A stretch of DNA of 64,000 bases from Armatimonadota bacterium. GTDB taxonomy: Bacteria; Armatimonadota; SYMT01. A program made the position numbers and the translations under genes. This document shows, piece after piece, positions 41,173-50,689 of the stretch. The stretch lies in contig JAWLHY010000004.1 of assembly GCA_041690135.1 (NCBI GenBank), forward strand, positions 1-64,000, given 5' to 3'. The notes beneath the pieces were generated by a model. It did no database searches. It was not told where the DNA came from and was given only the letters and a program-made list of their open reading frames with translations. Within the stretch, counting starts at the first letter, position 1. The number at the start of each line of letters is the position of its first letter.

Positions 41173-41866
41173 TGACCCGGAGTGGGTCGGCTTCGAGATG
41201 GAGCAGCTCAGCCGGCCGGACGCTCACCGGCTGCTGCTGCACTGCGTGGCGCCGCGCCCCATCGCACTGACCTCCACCCTTTCTCCGGAGGGGATCCCCA
41301 ACCTCGCTCCGTTCAGCTACTTCATGGCGGGAGGCGCCAACCCACCCTCCGTGGTGATCTCTCCCCTGACGGACCGCACCGGCCAGCCGAAGGATACCCT
41401 CCGTAACATCACTGCGACGGGCGAATACGTCATCAATGTGGCGACCTACGCCCACCGGGAACCGCTGAACCAGGCTTCCGCCGAGTACCCCTACGGGGTG
41501 AGCGAGTGGGAGCAGAGTGGCTTCACCCCCGTGCCATCCATCCATGTGGCCCCTCCGCGGGTGCGGGAGAGCCCCCTTGCCCTGGAATGCCGCCTGTTTC
41601 AGGTGGTCCCGCACGGCAGTGGTCCCCTCGCCGGGAACTACATCATCGGCGAGGTCGTGTATGTACACGTTGCCCGATCGCTGCTGCTGCCGGAAGGCGA
41701 GCCCGGCCGGATCGACGCCCGGAAGGTGGATTACATCGCGCGCATGGGGGCGGACTGGTACGCCCGCGTGCAGAGCGAGTGCATGTTCGAGCTTCCCCGC
41801 CCTCCCCGCATCGAGAAGTATCCCCCGGATCCCCAAGATCCCCCCAGGACCTCCAGCCGGCAGTAG
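41141..41866 (+). CDS. Flavin reductase-like FMN-binding protein
   Basis: VAPRPIA, NLAPFSYF, KDTLRNI, ESPLALEC; start uncertain (41141 or 41198). Confidence 0.85.
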   Translation: MTSMPLAGEGSDPEWVGFEMEQLSRPDAHRLLLHCVAPRPIALTSTLSPEGIPNLAPFSYFMAGGANPPSVVISPLTDRTGQPKDTLRNITATGEYVINVATYAHREPLNQASAEYPYGVSEWEQSGFTPVPSIHVAPPRVRESPLALECRLFQVVPHGSGPLAGNYIIGEVVYVHVARSLLLPEGEPGRIDARKVDYIARMGADWYARVQSECMFELPRPPRIEKYPPDPQDPPRTSSRQ

Positions 41867-42026
41867 GAGAATCCGCGGTCCGGGCCGAACCATGTCTGGT
41901 TGTCTCGTCAGCCCGAACCAGGGATGGCCCTGCCGGTGCTCCGCCCCTCCCACCGGCCGCGTTCTCATTTAGAAACAATAACGCCGCACCCTCGGGGCTC
42001 GCGGCGGAAATGAAGGAGTTCTTTGT

Positions 42027-43286
42027 ATGAGCGCAAGCTCCCACGGACAGGCCCCCAGTGCCATCGGCACCCGCCTGTCCATCATGATGTTCCTCCAGTT
42101 TTTCGTCTGGGGGGCCTGGTACGTCTCCGTTGGCCCCTTCATGACGGCCAACGGGATGGAAAGCCAGATTGCGAATATGTACTCGGTGGGGCCGATCGCC
42201 GCCATTGTCTCCCCGTTCTTCCTCGGGATGATTGCGGACCGCTTCTTCGCCACGGAGCGGGTTCTCGGGCTCCTGCACCTGCTCGGCGGCGGCATCCTCC
42301 TCGCGGCTCCCAGCATGGCGCCCCAGGGCGGCAGCATTTTCGTCGGCCTCTTCCTGGGCTACATGCTCTGTTACATGCCGACTCTGGGCCTGACGAACAC
42401 CCTGGCCTTCCACAACATGACGGACCAGGAAAAGCAGTTCCCCTTGATCCGTGTCTTCGGCACCATCGGCTGGATCGTGGCCAACCTGGTCGTCAGCAAC
42501 GTGCTCAAGGCGGATACCACGGCGGTGCAGTTCTACGTCGCCGGCGCCGCCAGCATCGCGCTGGGCCTGTACAGCTTCTCACTGCCGCACACCCCGCCGC
42601 CGATGGCCGGGAAGCAGGCGACGGCGCGCGACATCCTCGGCCTTGATGCGCTGGGCCTGATGCGGTCGCCCTCCTTCGCGATGTTCGTCATCTGCTCCTT
42701 CCTCGTCTGCATTCCGCTGGCGGCTTACTATGCCTTCGCGGGTGTGTACGTCGGAGCCTCGGGGATCGAGAACGTCGCCGGGACCATGTCCTACGGCCAG
42801 ATGTCCGAGATCTTCTTCATGCTCATCATGCCGCTCTGCTTCGCCCGCCTGGGCGTGAAGTGGATGCTGCTGGTCGGCATGCTGGCCTGGGTGGCGCGCT
42901 ACGGACTCTTCGCGGCGGCAGCCAGCAGCCAGACGATGTGGATGATCCTGGGCGGTATCGTCCTGCATGGAATCTGCTACGACTTCTTCTTCGTCACCGG
43001 CCAGATCTACGTCGACAAGAAGGCGCCCGCCGCCATCCGCGGCCAGGCCCAGGGCTTCCTGGTATTGGTAACCCAGGGCCTGGGAGCGCTGATCGGCGCC
43101 CAGATCATGGGGAAGGTCGTCGCCCATTTCACTCAGGGCGAAGTGGTGAACTGGCAGCAGATCTGGACCATTCCGTGCGTGATGGCCGCCGTGGTGGCAG
43201 TGATCTTCTTCCTGGCCTTCCGGGACGACGCCAAGTCGATGCCGGCGGATGAGGAGGGTGCGCTTGGACTGGGCGCCGCCCACTAG
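42027..43286 (+). CDS. MFS nucleoside permease (NupG-like)
   Basis: MMFLQFFVWGAW, IRVFGTIGW, GQMSEIFFM, HGICYDFFFVTGQIY. Confidence 0.9.
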   Translation: MSASSHGQAPSAIGTRLSIMMFLQFFVWGAWYVSVGPFMTANGMESQIANMYSVGPIAAIVSPFFLGMIADRFFATERVLGLLHLLGGGILLAAPSMAPQGGSIFVGLFLGYMLCYMPTLGLTNTLAFHNMTDQEKQFPLIRVFGTIGWIVANLVVSNVLKADTTAVQFYVAGAASIALGLYSFSLPHTPPPMAGKQATARDILGLDALGLMRSPSFAMFVICSFLVCIPLAAYYAFAGVYVGASGIENVAGTMSYGQMSEIFFMLIMPLCFARLGVKWMLLVGMLAWVARYGLFAAAASSQTMWMILGGIVLHGICYDFFFVTGQIYVDKKAPAAIRGQAQGFLVLVTQGLGALIGAQIMGKVVAHFTQGEVVNWQQIWTIPCVMAAVVAVIFFLAFRDDAKSMPADEEGALGLGAAH

Positions 43287-44094
43287 GGACGAACGCAGGA
43301 ATGATAAAGGGAGAAGGGGAGAGAGGCCAACCACGGGCTTTGGACCTTCTCTTCCTTCTCCGGTTCGAAAGAGGGCTGCTCGAATGGGCAGCCCTCTTTC
43401 TGGTGGTCCTCGCAGGCACCGGCTGAAGGCCGGAAGGATGCAGTTGGTGAATTCGATCGCGGGCAGGCATACGCCCGTACGGGTTGCACTGCGGACGCTA
43501 GTGGTCTCGCAGCGTCGTGGATCACCCCGATCACCAATGCCGCCTCCAGGTCGGGAGCGGCGCAGTGCAACTGCGCGCGAAGTATTCGGCTGCAGTCCAA
43601 CTGCAGCCGATCTTGTTGAAGTGATCGTAATCGTGCTCGACCGCGGGCGGGCAAGATACCCGCGCTATGCAGTACGAGTGCGGATGCAAGGTCGGGGCAG
43701 GAGCAGTCGGAATTCACTTCGGGTGCCCTGACCCGGGGTCTGCCGATCCGTGTAAGGGCAAGTTCCCTGACCAGGGGGCTGGCCACGCCTGCCCGGCGGA
43801 GTTAGGGTCGCTTACGGGTTCTGATACGTGTGGCCGACTGCTTCGGCGAGAGGCTCATCTGGTTCGAGGAAGTTGCTTCTAGTCGATCGCTCCTCGCCAT
43901 GACTACCGTTTTCAATGGATGATCTGTCCGGATGCCTGAACGTTTACCCCCTGTGGGGGACCCGAACGTCTGACCACCCGAACACCCTTCCCATTCGCCT
44001 CATTCGCCCAGTTCGCGGATCGCCATTCACCCCTTGGCCCCGGTGTCAACTTTGCCCGGACGGGGGAGTATCTGGGTGGAAGGGAGGGACAGTT

Positions 44095-44793
44095 ATGGCC
44101 GATCGAGGTCCTAACCAGGATTTTATGGGGGTGGGAAAGAGACCGGAGGCGATCGATCCGACCTACCGGGACGCATCCTACCTGGGCACCGACATTGAGG
44201 ACGACGAAGAGGTCCACGACCTGGGCTTCATCGTCGACGACCACGACGACCGCCGCGGCACGCTGACGGAGGGATTCCAGCACCTGGACGACCTCGACAG
44301 CAATGAGCCGCTGGAGACGAACCGGAACGGGAAGGTGCCTCATGCTACCTCGCTGGTGGCACGGGGCGCGCCGCGCGAATGGTTCGCCACCGATTACCAC
44401 GTCGACCATGCGGACGCCGAACAGCAGGAGGAGGACTTCGTCAACACCTCCATGCTCGAAACGGACCCGGACATGAACGACGGCACGGTCGACTTCACCG
44501 ACGAAACCTTTGCGAACCAGGATGGAAGCCCTGGAGCGACGGACCTGGTGGGCCACGTGCCCGGCGTGACGTACGGATTCGGGACGAGCGTGCCGCAGGA
44601 CCTGGGTAGCGGTGGCTTCCGCGTCCAGGACAATCCCCTGATGCAGCCGCAGAACCGGCCGGTGTCCGGCGACAACGTGAGTGACGAGGCCATCGGTTAC
44701 CGGGATGTCGATGACATGGGTAATGATGACGACCTGGATCGTCTGGCCAACCGTTATGCCCAGGACGTGGACCTGAAAGGGAAGAAGCCGTGA
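44095..44793 (+). CDS. Highly acidic hypothetical protein
   Basis: GGGAGGG RBS, GC3-rich codons, D/E-rich. Confidence 0.7.
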   Translation: MADRGPNQDFMGVGKRPEAIDPTYRDASYLGTDIEDDEEVHDLGFIVDDHDDRRGTLTEGFQHLDDLDSNEPLETNRNGKVPHATSLVARGAPREWFATDYHVDHADAEQQEEDFVNTSMLETDPDMNDGTVDFTDETFANQDGSPGATDLVGHVPGVTYGFGTSVPQDLGSGGFRVQDNPLMQPQNRPVSGDNVSDEAIGYRDVDDMGNDDDLDRLANRYAQDVDLKGKKP

Positions 44794-45026
44794 GACCGGA
44801 GCGTCCGCTTAACCCGCCCCACATCGAGGACCCGGATGCCGACCCGGCCCTGGAGCGGATCCGGCGCGACCGCCGTCCGGGTGAGGTGGAAACGGGGATG
44901 ATGACGGGATCGGATGATGCGGAGATCAGCGCCACCGATCGGTTCGAGGGCGAATTGACCGAAGAAGAAGCCCTGGAAGTACTCGACCCCGGGCACACCC
45001 GGTCGTCCGCGGCGATCCGCGAATAA
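44790..45026 (+). CDS. Small acidic hypothetical protein
   Basis: GTGA overlap with the upstream stop. Confidence 0.55.
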   Translation: MRPERPLNPPHIEDPDADPALERIRRDRRPGEVETGMMTGSDDAEISATDRFEGELTEEEALEVLDPGHTRSSAAIRE

Positions 45027-45257
45027 CGCGAATGGGACGAATGAGGCGGTCGAAGACCGCTGAATGATAGCCTCACGAGGATACCCGCATTTGAAGTGCG
45101 GGTATCCTCGCGCTTATATTGGACCCGGTCCCCATTCGCTCCATTCGTCTAATTCGCGGATAGGAACGTCCGGTGGGTATCCAGAACCTAGCAGTGGTAG
45201 CATTCCCTTGACAGGCCGCCTTGCCTGTCCTGCTCTCCTCTCCACGAGGTCCACGCC

Positions 45258-46376
45258 ATGAAGATCCGGCAGATCACCACCTACATGATCGACGTCCCCA
45301 TCAAGAAGGAACTGATGATCACCAGTTCTCTCGGCACCCACTCCGCCACGCGGCTGGTGGTCCTCCGCCTGGACACGGACGACGGGATCTCCGGGATTGG
45401 GGAGGCCACGGTGACTCCGAAGTGGAGTGGCGAGACGGCCTGGGGCTGCAAGGCAATGATCGACCAGTACCTGGCCCCCGCCGTGATCGGGCTTGCGGTA
45501 GACGACATCGAGGGCGCTCTGGCCGCCATGGATAAGGAGGCCTTCGCGAACCCGTTTGCCAAGTCCGCAATCGAGATGGCCATGCTGGATGTGCGCGGGA
45601 AGGCGGAGGGTAAGCCGATCTTTGAGCTTTTGGGTGGGGCCGCACACGATCTGGCGATCCCGATCCGCTTCTCGCTGGCGGCGCTTTCACCGGAGCAGAC
45701 CGCCACCAACGCCCGCAAGCGGGTGGAATGGGGTCACAAGACCGTCAAGGTAAAGGTGGGCCTCGATCCGCAGGCGGATGTGAAGCGACTCTTCGCCGTA
45801 CGCGAAGCGATCGGTCCGGACGTCCGACTCACGTGCGACGCCAACGGCGGCTGGAGTGTCGAGGACGCCATCTGGGCGCTGAACGAGATGCGCCCACTCA
45901 ATCTCACCCTGGCCGAACAGCCGGTACGGCGCGAGGACCTGGATGGCATGGCGGAGGTCCGCCGCCGGGTGGAAGTCCCAATCATGGCGGACGAAGGCGT
46001 CTTCACCATCTGGGACGCGGAGCAGGCACTGAAAAAGGAGGCCTGCGACATCATCGCCGTATACCCCGGCAAGAACGGCGGGATCACCGTCAGCAAGCGC
46101 ATCGCCGAGATGGCCGCGGAGCACGGCGTGGCCTGTGCCGTCGGCAGCAACCTGGAACTGGATCCCGGCACCGCCTCCATGTGCCACCTCACCGTGGCTA
46201 CGGCAAACATCGCCGCCGACCGATATCACGGCGACATCCTGGGTACCCTCTACCACGAGTTCCCCATCGTTAAGAACCCGGTCCGCCTGGAAGCGGGTAT
46301 CGCCCACTGCCCCACCGGCCCCGGCCTGGGAGTGGAAATGGACTGGGAAGCCGTTGAGCGCCTGGCAATCCAGTAA
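45258..46376 (+). CDS. Enolase-superfamily muconate cycloisomerase / dipeptide epimerase-like protein
   Basis: KVKVG, DANGGW, EQP, MADE metal ligands. Confidence 0.88.
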   Translation: MKIRQITTYMIDVPIKKELMITSSLGTHSATRLVVLRLDTDDGISGIGEATVTPKWSGETAWGCKAMIDQYLAPAVIGLAVDDIEGALAAMDKEAFANPFAKSAIEMAMLDVRGKAEGKPIFELLGGAAHDLAIPIRFSLAALSPEQTATNARKRVEWGHKTVKVKVGLDPQADVKRLFAVREAIGPDVRLTCDANGGWSVEDAIWALNEMRPLNLTLAEQPVRREDLDGMAEVRRRVEVPIMADEGVFTIWDAEQALKKEACDIIAVYPGKNGGITVSKRIAEMAAEHGVACAVGSNLELDPGTASMCHLTVATANIAADRYHGDILGTLYHEFPIVKNPVRLEAGIAHCPTGPGLGVEMDWEAVERLAIQ

Positions 46377-46728
46377 ACGCTCATGGGGACAACGCTACGG
46401 TAGACCTAACACGCTATGGGCTCGCGGAGTGTAGGGCCGGATCTCCGTCCCGGCCGGGTGAAGTTTGCGGTACGTGTCCCGCCGGTTGGGGCAACCCGTG
46501 GACACGCGGACACCCCAGAGTCCTGCTCCCTCGGAGCCAACGGGTTTCTACAGCAGTTCGCACGGGGTGTCGCGCCTGGCACGCCGAGAGGAAGTCCAGA
46601 AGCAGGCAGGCATCGGAGAGCCTGCCCTACTACTTCAGTACGTCCCCAGAAATACTGTGTGTGCCCCAGGTGGATTGCGACGAGTTCATTCCGTACGCTC
46701 CACCTGGGCTTTGCGTCGGGAGCGTCCC

Positions 46729-47364
46729 TCAATACGGACGCACGCTGAAGTCTCCGAGCGTCAGCGTCCAGCTGTCCCGCTGGTTTTCTGCCAGGAAACG
46801 CAGGACCGTTTCGCCTGCCAGGGCCGTGGCCATCAGGACCAGGTTGCGAGCCAGCGGGTAGTCGCAGACGTCGCCTGCGGCATCCGAGGGGACCCGGTAC
46901 TTTTCGTTCCAGATGACTTCAGCGTAGTCCGCGTTCAGGCCAACGTGCAGGCATGGCAGGCCCTCGCGCTCGCAGTGGTCGGCCACCAGACGACGGGAGA
47001 CGCTGTTGTCGAACCCGTCGACCACCAGGTCGGCGCCGGTCAGGAGTTTCCGGACGTTCTTCTCCGTAAGCTCCTTCGCTACCGCCTCGATCTCCACGCC
47101 AACCGCCCGAAACAGCAGGTGCTGGAGCGTCTCCGCCTTGAAGCCGCCCACGTCGTCGAGTGTCCACACCTGGGTGCTGACGTTATGCTCCTCGACGCGA
47201 TCGCGGTCGATGACGCACAGGTTTCCGGCGCCCTGCCGCGCCAGGTTCTCCGCCAGGTTCGACCCTACGGCCCCGGCACCGCATACAATGATTCGAGCTT
47301 CCGTCAGGCGAGCCATCACCTCCGGCCCGCGATAGATCTGTTCGTGGTGGAATTTCGTAGCCAT
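46729..47364 (-). CDS. ThiF/MoeB/E1-like adenylyltransferase
   Basis: CGAGAVGS, DRDRVEEHN, VDGFDN, DVCDYPLARN; no CxxC zinc pairs; start trimmed to MATKFHHEQ. Confidence 0.88.
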   Translation of the reverse strand: MATKFHHEQIYRGPEVMARLTEARIIVCGAGAVGSNLAENLARQGAGNLCVIDRDRVEEHNVSTQVWTLDDVGGFKAETLQHLLFRAVGVEIEAVAKELTEKNVRKLLTGADLVVDGFDNSVSRRLVADHCEREGLPCLHVGLNADYAEVIWNEKYRVPSDAAGDVCDYPLARNLVLMATALAGETVLRFLAENQRDSWTLTLGDFSVRPY

Positions 47365-47403
47365 ACTCAGTACCCCCGGTTCCGTACGCCCGGTTCCGAA
47401 TTG

Positions 47404-47628
47404 AACCGCCAAGACGCCAAGAACGCCAAGAGGGAAGAAGGGAAGTGCCAAGAAGAGAATGTAGGTAGCTCCGGATAGAGCGCCTGTTGTGCTCCGCCTA
47501 CACTAACTACCTGACGTATGCCCGTAGCTGCGTGCTGATTTGTCACCGCCAAGCACCAACTAAAAGCCATCCCATCCTCTTCTTCCACTCTCCTTTCCGA
47601 ACTTGGCGCTCTTGGCGTCTTGGCGGTA
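47404..47628. repeat. Inverted-repeat-bounded element (REP/MITE-like) inside the operon
   Basis: ACCGCCAAGACGCCAAGAACGCCAAG at ~47405 and CTTGGCGCTCTTGGCGTCTTGGCGGT at ~47602. Confidence 0.6.
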
Positions 47629-47639
47629 AAGAGAGCACC

Positions 47640-48548
47640 CTAGCGGCGGCGCCGCCGCCGGCCTCCCGGCGGGTGGATCTCCCGGTAGACTTCCTCCGGC
47701 AAGCCGTGGTCGCCGCCGACGCGGGTCAGGTAACCCCGCTGCCCCTCGCGGATCACGCCGACCAGGCTGGTAAGGTCGAACTTCTCATCCTCGCCGGAGA
47801 GGCAGATCCCCGCCAGCATCACCGACAGGTCGTTCTTACGGACCGTCGCGGTGTGGGTCTCCCCGTCCACCGTAAAGGTCACGGCGTAAACGTCCTTCCG
47901 CTCGACGAAGCCGCGAAACTTCCCGTTCGCGTGATTTACCGCGGCCTTGAGGCGCTCCTCGGTGCTGTCACGCTGTTCCTGCTCGCGCAGCAGAAGCTGC
48001 CACTCGTAGGCCAGCCGCTCCTGTGGGGTCAGCGACGCCTTCCGGAGGTCATCCGGCTTGCGCCCTTCCTGGAGCGACTCCCGGAGGTAAGCCGCTATGG
48101 ACGGGCTCCGGCGGGGGTTGCGGCCCTCGACAAAGAACCGCGAGCCATCCCAACGCGCTCGCACCGTGTCGAAGACCTGGACCTCTCCCGGCAACAGGAC
48201 CGGCACCAGCCCGTCGAGCCGGAAGCGGGTGTCCGAGCCTTCGGCAGCCAATGCCCACCAGCCGTCCGCACGCTTCTCCGTAAGCACCAGCGACACCGCG
48301 GGAAACAGCCGGAGATACTCCCGGATCTGGCGCAGGCGCGCGGCCCCCACCACCCGCGCGGTGTGGGAGTCCTCCGGCTTCAGGAGCGCCCAGCCCTCGA
48401 AGTCGCGGGGCGCGACCTGAAACTTCCAGACGATGCCGGCAACCCGTACCTGAACCCCGGCCCCTTTCAACACCGGAGCCACGAAGGTGCTCTCCAGGAA
48501 ACTCTGCTCTTCCTGAGTCATTCGCCGCAGCAACTCCCGCACATCCAT
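47640..48548 (-). CDS. Hypothetical protein with C-terminal AGICLSGED motif
   Basis: 302-aa ORF with genome-typical codon use, co-oriented in the operon; no recognised family. Confidence 0.75.
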   Translation of the reverse strand: MDVRELLRRMTQEEQSFLESTFVAPVLKGAGVQVRVAGIVWKFQVAPRDFEGWALLKPEDSHTARVVGAARLRQIREYLRLFPAVSLVLTEKRADGWWALAAEGSDTRFRLDGLVPVLLPGEVQVFDTVRARWDGSRFFVEGRNPRRSPSIAAYLRESLQEGRKPDDLRKASLTPQERLAYEWQLLLREQEQRDSTEERLKAAVNHANGKFRGFVERKDVYAVTFTVDGETHTATVRKNDLSVMLAGICLSGEDEKFDLTSLVGVIREGQRGYLTRVGGDHGLPEEVYREIHPPGGRRRRRR

Positions 48549-48559
48549 CGGAAATTCCT

Positions 48560-49318
48560 CTACTCCACGGGCTTCTGCCCCGTGATCACAAGACGGCGGC
48601 TCTCCAGGGTGAGCCGGCTGCCGTCGAGCCCACCGTAGACGACCACCCCCGCCAGGCCGGCGGAACGGAACATCGCCGTCAACTCGGCGGCGGTATACAG
48701 GCGCAGCGAATGACTGAAGCCCGAGCGGCGCCCATCCGGATAGATCAGCGTTCCCTTCACCTCCTGGCGACTGGTCGGGAGATCAAACGACCGCTCTTCC
48801 AGGACCAGGGTGCCGTCTTCCAGGCGCTGCACGCCGCTCTCCGCGAACCGGCGCAGGAGGCTGTCGCGATGGATGATCTCCATCAAGAACACGCCACCGG
48901 GTTTGAGGGCACGCACCACTCCCTGGAGAACCTTCTGATCTTCCGCCTCGTCTTCCAGGTAGCCGAAGGCGGTAAAGAGGTTGACCACGGCATCGAAACA
49001 GCCCTCGAAGGGGATCCGGCGCATGTCACTCCGCACCCACTGCACCTCCACGCCTTCCTCCGCAGCGTTCGCCTGCGCGTGGCGGAGGAAGCATTCACTC
49101 AGGTCGAGCCCGGTCATCCGGTAGCCTCGCCGGGCCAGTGGAACGGTATGCCGGCCGTGACCGCAGCAGAGATCGAGGAGGCGGCTTCCCGGCGACAGCG
49201 CCAGCAGTTCGCACACCCCCTCGACCTCCGCGGTGGTCCGCTCCGGAGTCAGCATGGGCGAGTAGCGCTGGAGGTACTCCTCATTGAAGATCTGCTCGTA
49301 CCAGGGGGTTTTCTCCAT
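48560..49318 (-). CDS. Class I SAM-dependent methyltransferase
   Basis: LLDLCCGHGRH, DMRRIPF, FDAVVNLFTAFGY, LKPGG. Confidence 0.88.
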   Translation of the reverse strand: MEKTPWYEQIFNEEYLQRYSPMLTPERTTAEVEGVCELLALSPGSRLLDLCCGHGRHTVPLARRGYRMTGLDLSECFLRHAQANAAEEGVEVQWVRSDMRRIPFEGCFDAVVNLFTAFGYLEDEAEDQKVLQGVVRALKPGGVFLMEIIHRDSLLRRFAESGVQRLEDGTLVLEERSFDLPTSRQEVKGTLIYPDGRRSGFSHSLRLYTAAELTAMFRSAGLAGVVVYGGLDGSRLTLESRRLVITGQKPVE

Positions 49319-49356
49319 CGCTTGCATCTCCGCTCGCTCCACACCTTTATCGGAGG

Positions 49357-49386
49357 GGTGTGGGGGTGTGGGGGTGTGGGGGTGTG
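49357..49386. repeat. Short tandem octamer repeat (GGGGTGTG)n
   Basis: About 3.5 copies seen directly. Confidence 0.7.
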
Positions 49387-49470
49387 GAAGAATGGGAGAG
49401 TTGTTGCCCAAGTGGGGCTCCCTATCTCCCATTCGTCCCCCACCCATTCGTACCGAGTTTTCGCACCAGA

Positions 49471-50433
49471 TCAGGCGGCCGCCTCTTCCAGCAGCATCGC
49501 CCGGTAGACGCGACCAAGGGTCTTGCTGATCGCACTTCGGATGAGCTTGTCGTCGAACCCTTGCTCATGGAGCGCCTGCCACTCGGGCTCGCACTCCTTA
49601 CGAAGGTCATCGATCATCGCCGGCACCAGGCGCGGCATATCGGTCATGTCGCCGGCCACGGTCACGCCGGTATCCCGCAGGCGCCCGAGAGCGTTGATGA
49701 CACGCCCCCGCACGACGAAGGTTCGTGCGAACGTCTCGACCGGAGTCAGGTCGGGACGCTGCTCCCGGATCGACTGGCGGGAAACCTCCGCAAAGCGCTC
49801 GCACTTGTGCTTGACGATCAGCCATTCGCCGAACACGTTCCGCAGGAGCGGGTTGGAGCGGAGGACCACCCCTTCCATCAGGTTGGTCTCGCCGGCCACC
49901 CCTTGCGCCAACCCTTCCGGAGAGACGCGCTCCAGAAGGGCGTTGAACGCCTCCAGACTCGGCTCGCCGCGCCAGATTTCCGCCACCCGCGGCAGACCCG
50001 CCGCGTCGCACAACTCCACGAAGAGCTCATAGGTAACGAACGCCTCGCCGATGCGGATGTCGAAAGCCCGGAACAAGATGCGGTCGTCGGAGACGTAGCG
50101 CACGCCCTTCTGGATGCCGGCTCCGCAGATCTCGCCGTAAACCACCACGCTGCCGTAGCCGCGCTCGCGGAACAGGGACCCCAGCTTTTGGAGAAGTTCC
50201 GGACGCTCCTTGAACCAGCGCACCGGGCGCCCCGCGTAGAACTCATCGCCGCCGGAGGTTCCGAACTCCTCGTTGCGGCCTCCGTATTGGACCTCGTCAA
50301 TGGAGGTCATCCCGGCGGGAAAGTAGACCCGGAAGTTCGTGCCATGCAGTTTCTCCGTGGCGATGACTTCCTTCACCGCCAGCAGTTCCCGCCGTTTCTC
50401 CAGGCCCACGATTTCCGGGTACTTGTAGAACAT
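49471..50433 (-). CDS. ATP-dependent RNA ligase, Rnl2-like
   Basis: Motif I EKLHGTN, III YGEICG, IIIa FRAFDI, IV EGVVLR, V VKHK. Confidence 0.85.
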   Translation of the reverse strand: MFYKYPEIVGLEKRRELLAVKEVIATEKLHGTNFRVYFPAGMTSIDEVQYGGRNEEFGTSGGDEFYAGRPVRWFKERPELLQKLGSLFRERGYGSVVVYGEICGAGIQKGVRYVSDDRILFRAFDIRIGEAFVTYELFVELCDAAGLPRVAEIWRGEPSLEAFNALLERVSPEGLAQGVAGETNLMEGVVLRSNPLLRNVFGEWLIVKHKCERFAEVSRQSIREQRPDLTPVETFARTFVVRGRVINALGRLRDTGVTVAGDMTDMPRLVPAMIDDLRKECEPEWQALHEQGFDDKLIRSAISKTLGRVYRAMLLEEAAA

Positions 50434-50463
50434 CTCTCCCTCCGGTTGAAGATGATTGAATGG

Positions 50464-50607
50464 GGAGCCCGCGCGAGTTCCGAAAGCTGAGGTGTGTCTC
50501 TATCGATCTACAGTCGATTGCCTTTGACCGCTCGGCCACATCCTTACGGATGGTGGGATTCGAACCCACGGAGTGTGTGTAAGCTTCCGGGATGGGGCGC
50601 GGGCCCC
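50464..50607 (-). ncRNA. Y-RNA-like ncRNA A: tRNA-Tyr(GUA) cloverleaf permuted at the variable arm
   Basis: Terminal stem GGGGCCCGCGC/GCGCGGGCUCC, CCGGAAGCU/AGCUUUCGG; internal order T arm GUGGG-UUCGAAU-CCCAC, closed acceptor CAUCC-GUAA-GGAUG, D arm GCC-GAGCGGUCAAA-GGC, anticodon arm AUCGA-CUGUAGA-UCGAU. Confidence 0.8.
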
Positions 50608-50618
50608 TTAAACTGAAG

Positions 50619-50670
50619 TGAGGGCAATTTGCAATTTCAAATCTGCAATTTCAAATCTCAAATTGCCCTC
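50619..50670. repeat. AT-rich hairpin with internal 14-mer repeats
   Basis: GAGGGCAATTTG...CAAATTGCCCTC enclosing TGCAATTTCAAATC x2. Confidence 0.6.
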
Positions 50671-50689
50671 TGATGCGCTGTCGGAGCCC

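Noticed and set aside
43290-44090. Possible gene or ncRNA in the ~800-bp gap after the nucleoside permease
   Set aside because: No convincing ORF motif or stable structure found by eye; left unannotated.
50464-50607. Ordinary tRNA-Tyr gene, or an integration-site tRNA fragment
   Set aside because: The halves are in permuted order with a loop-closed acceptor, and no integrase or att duplication is nearby.
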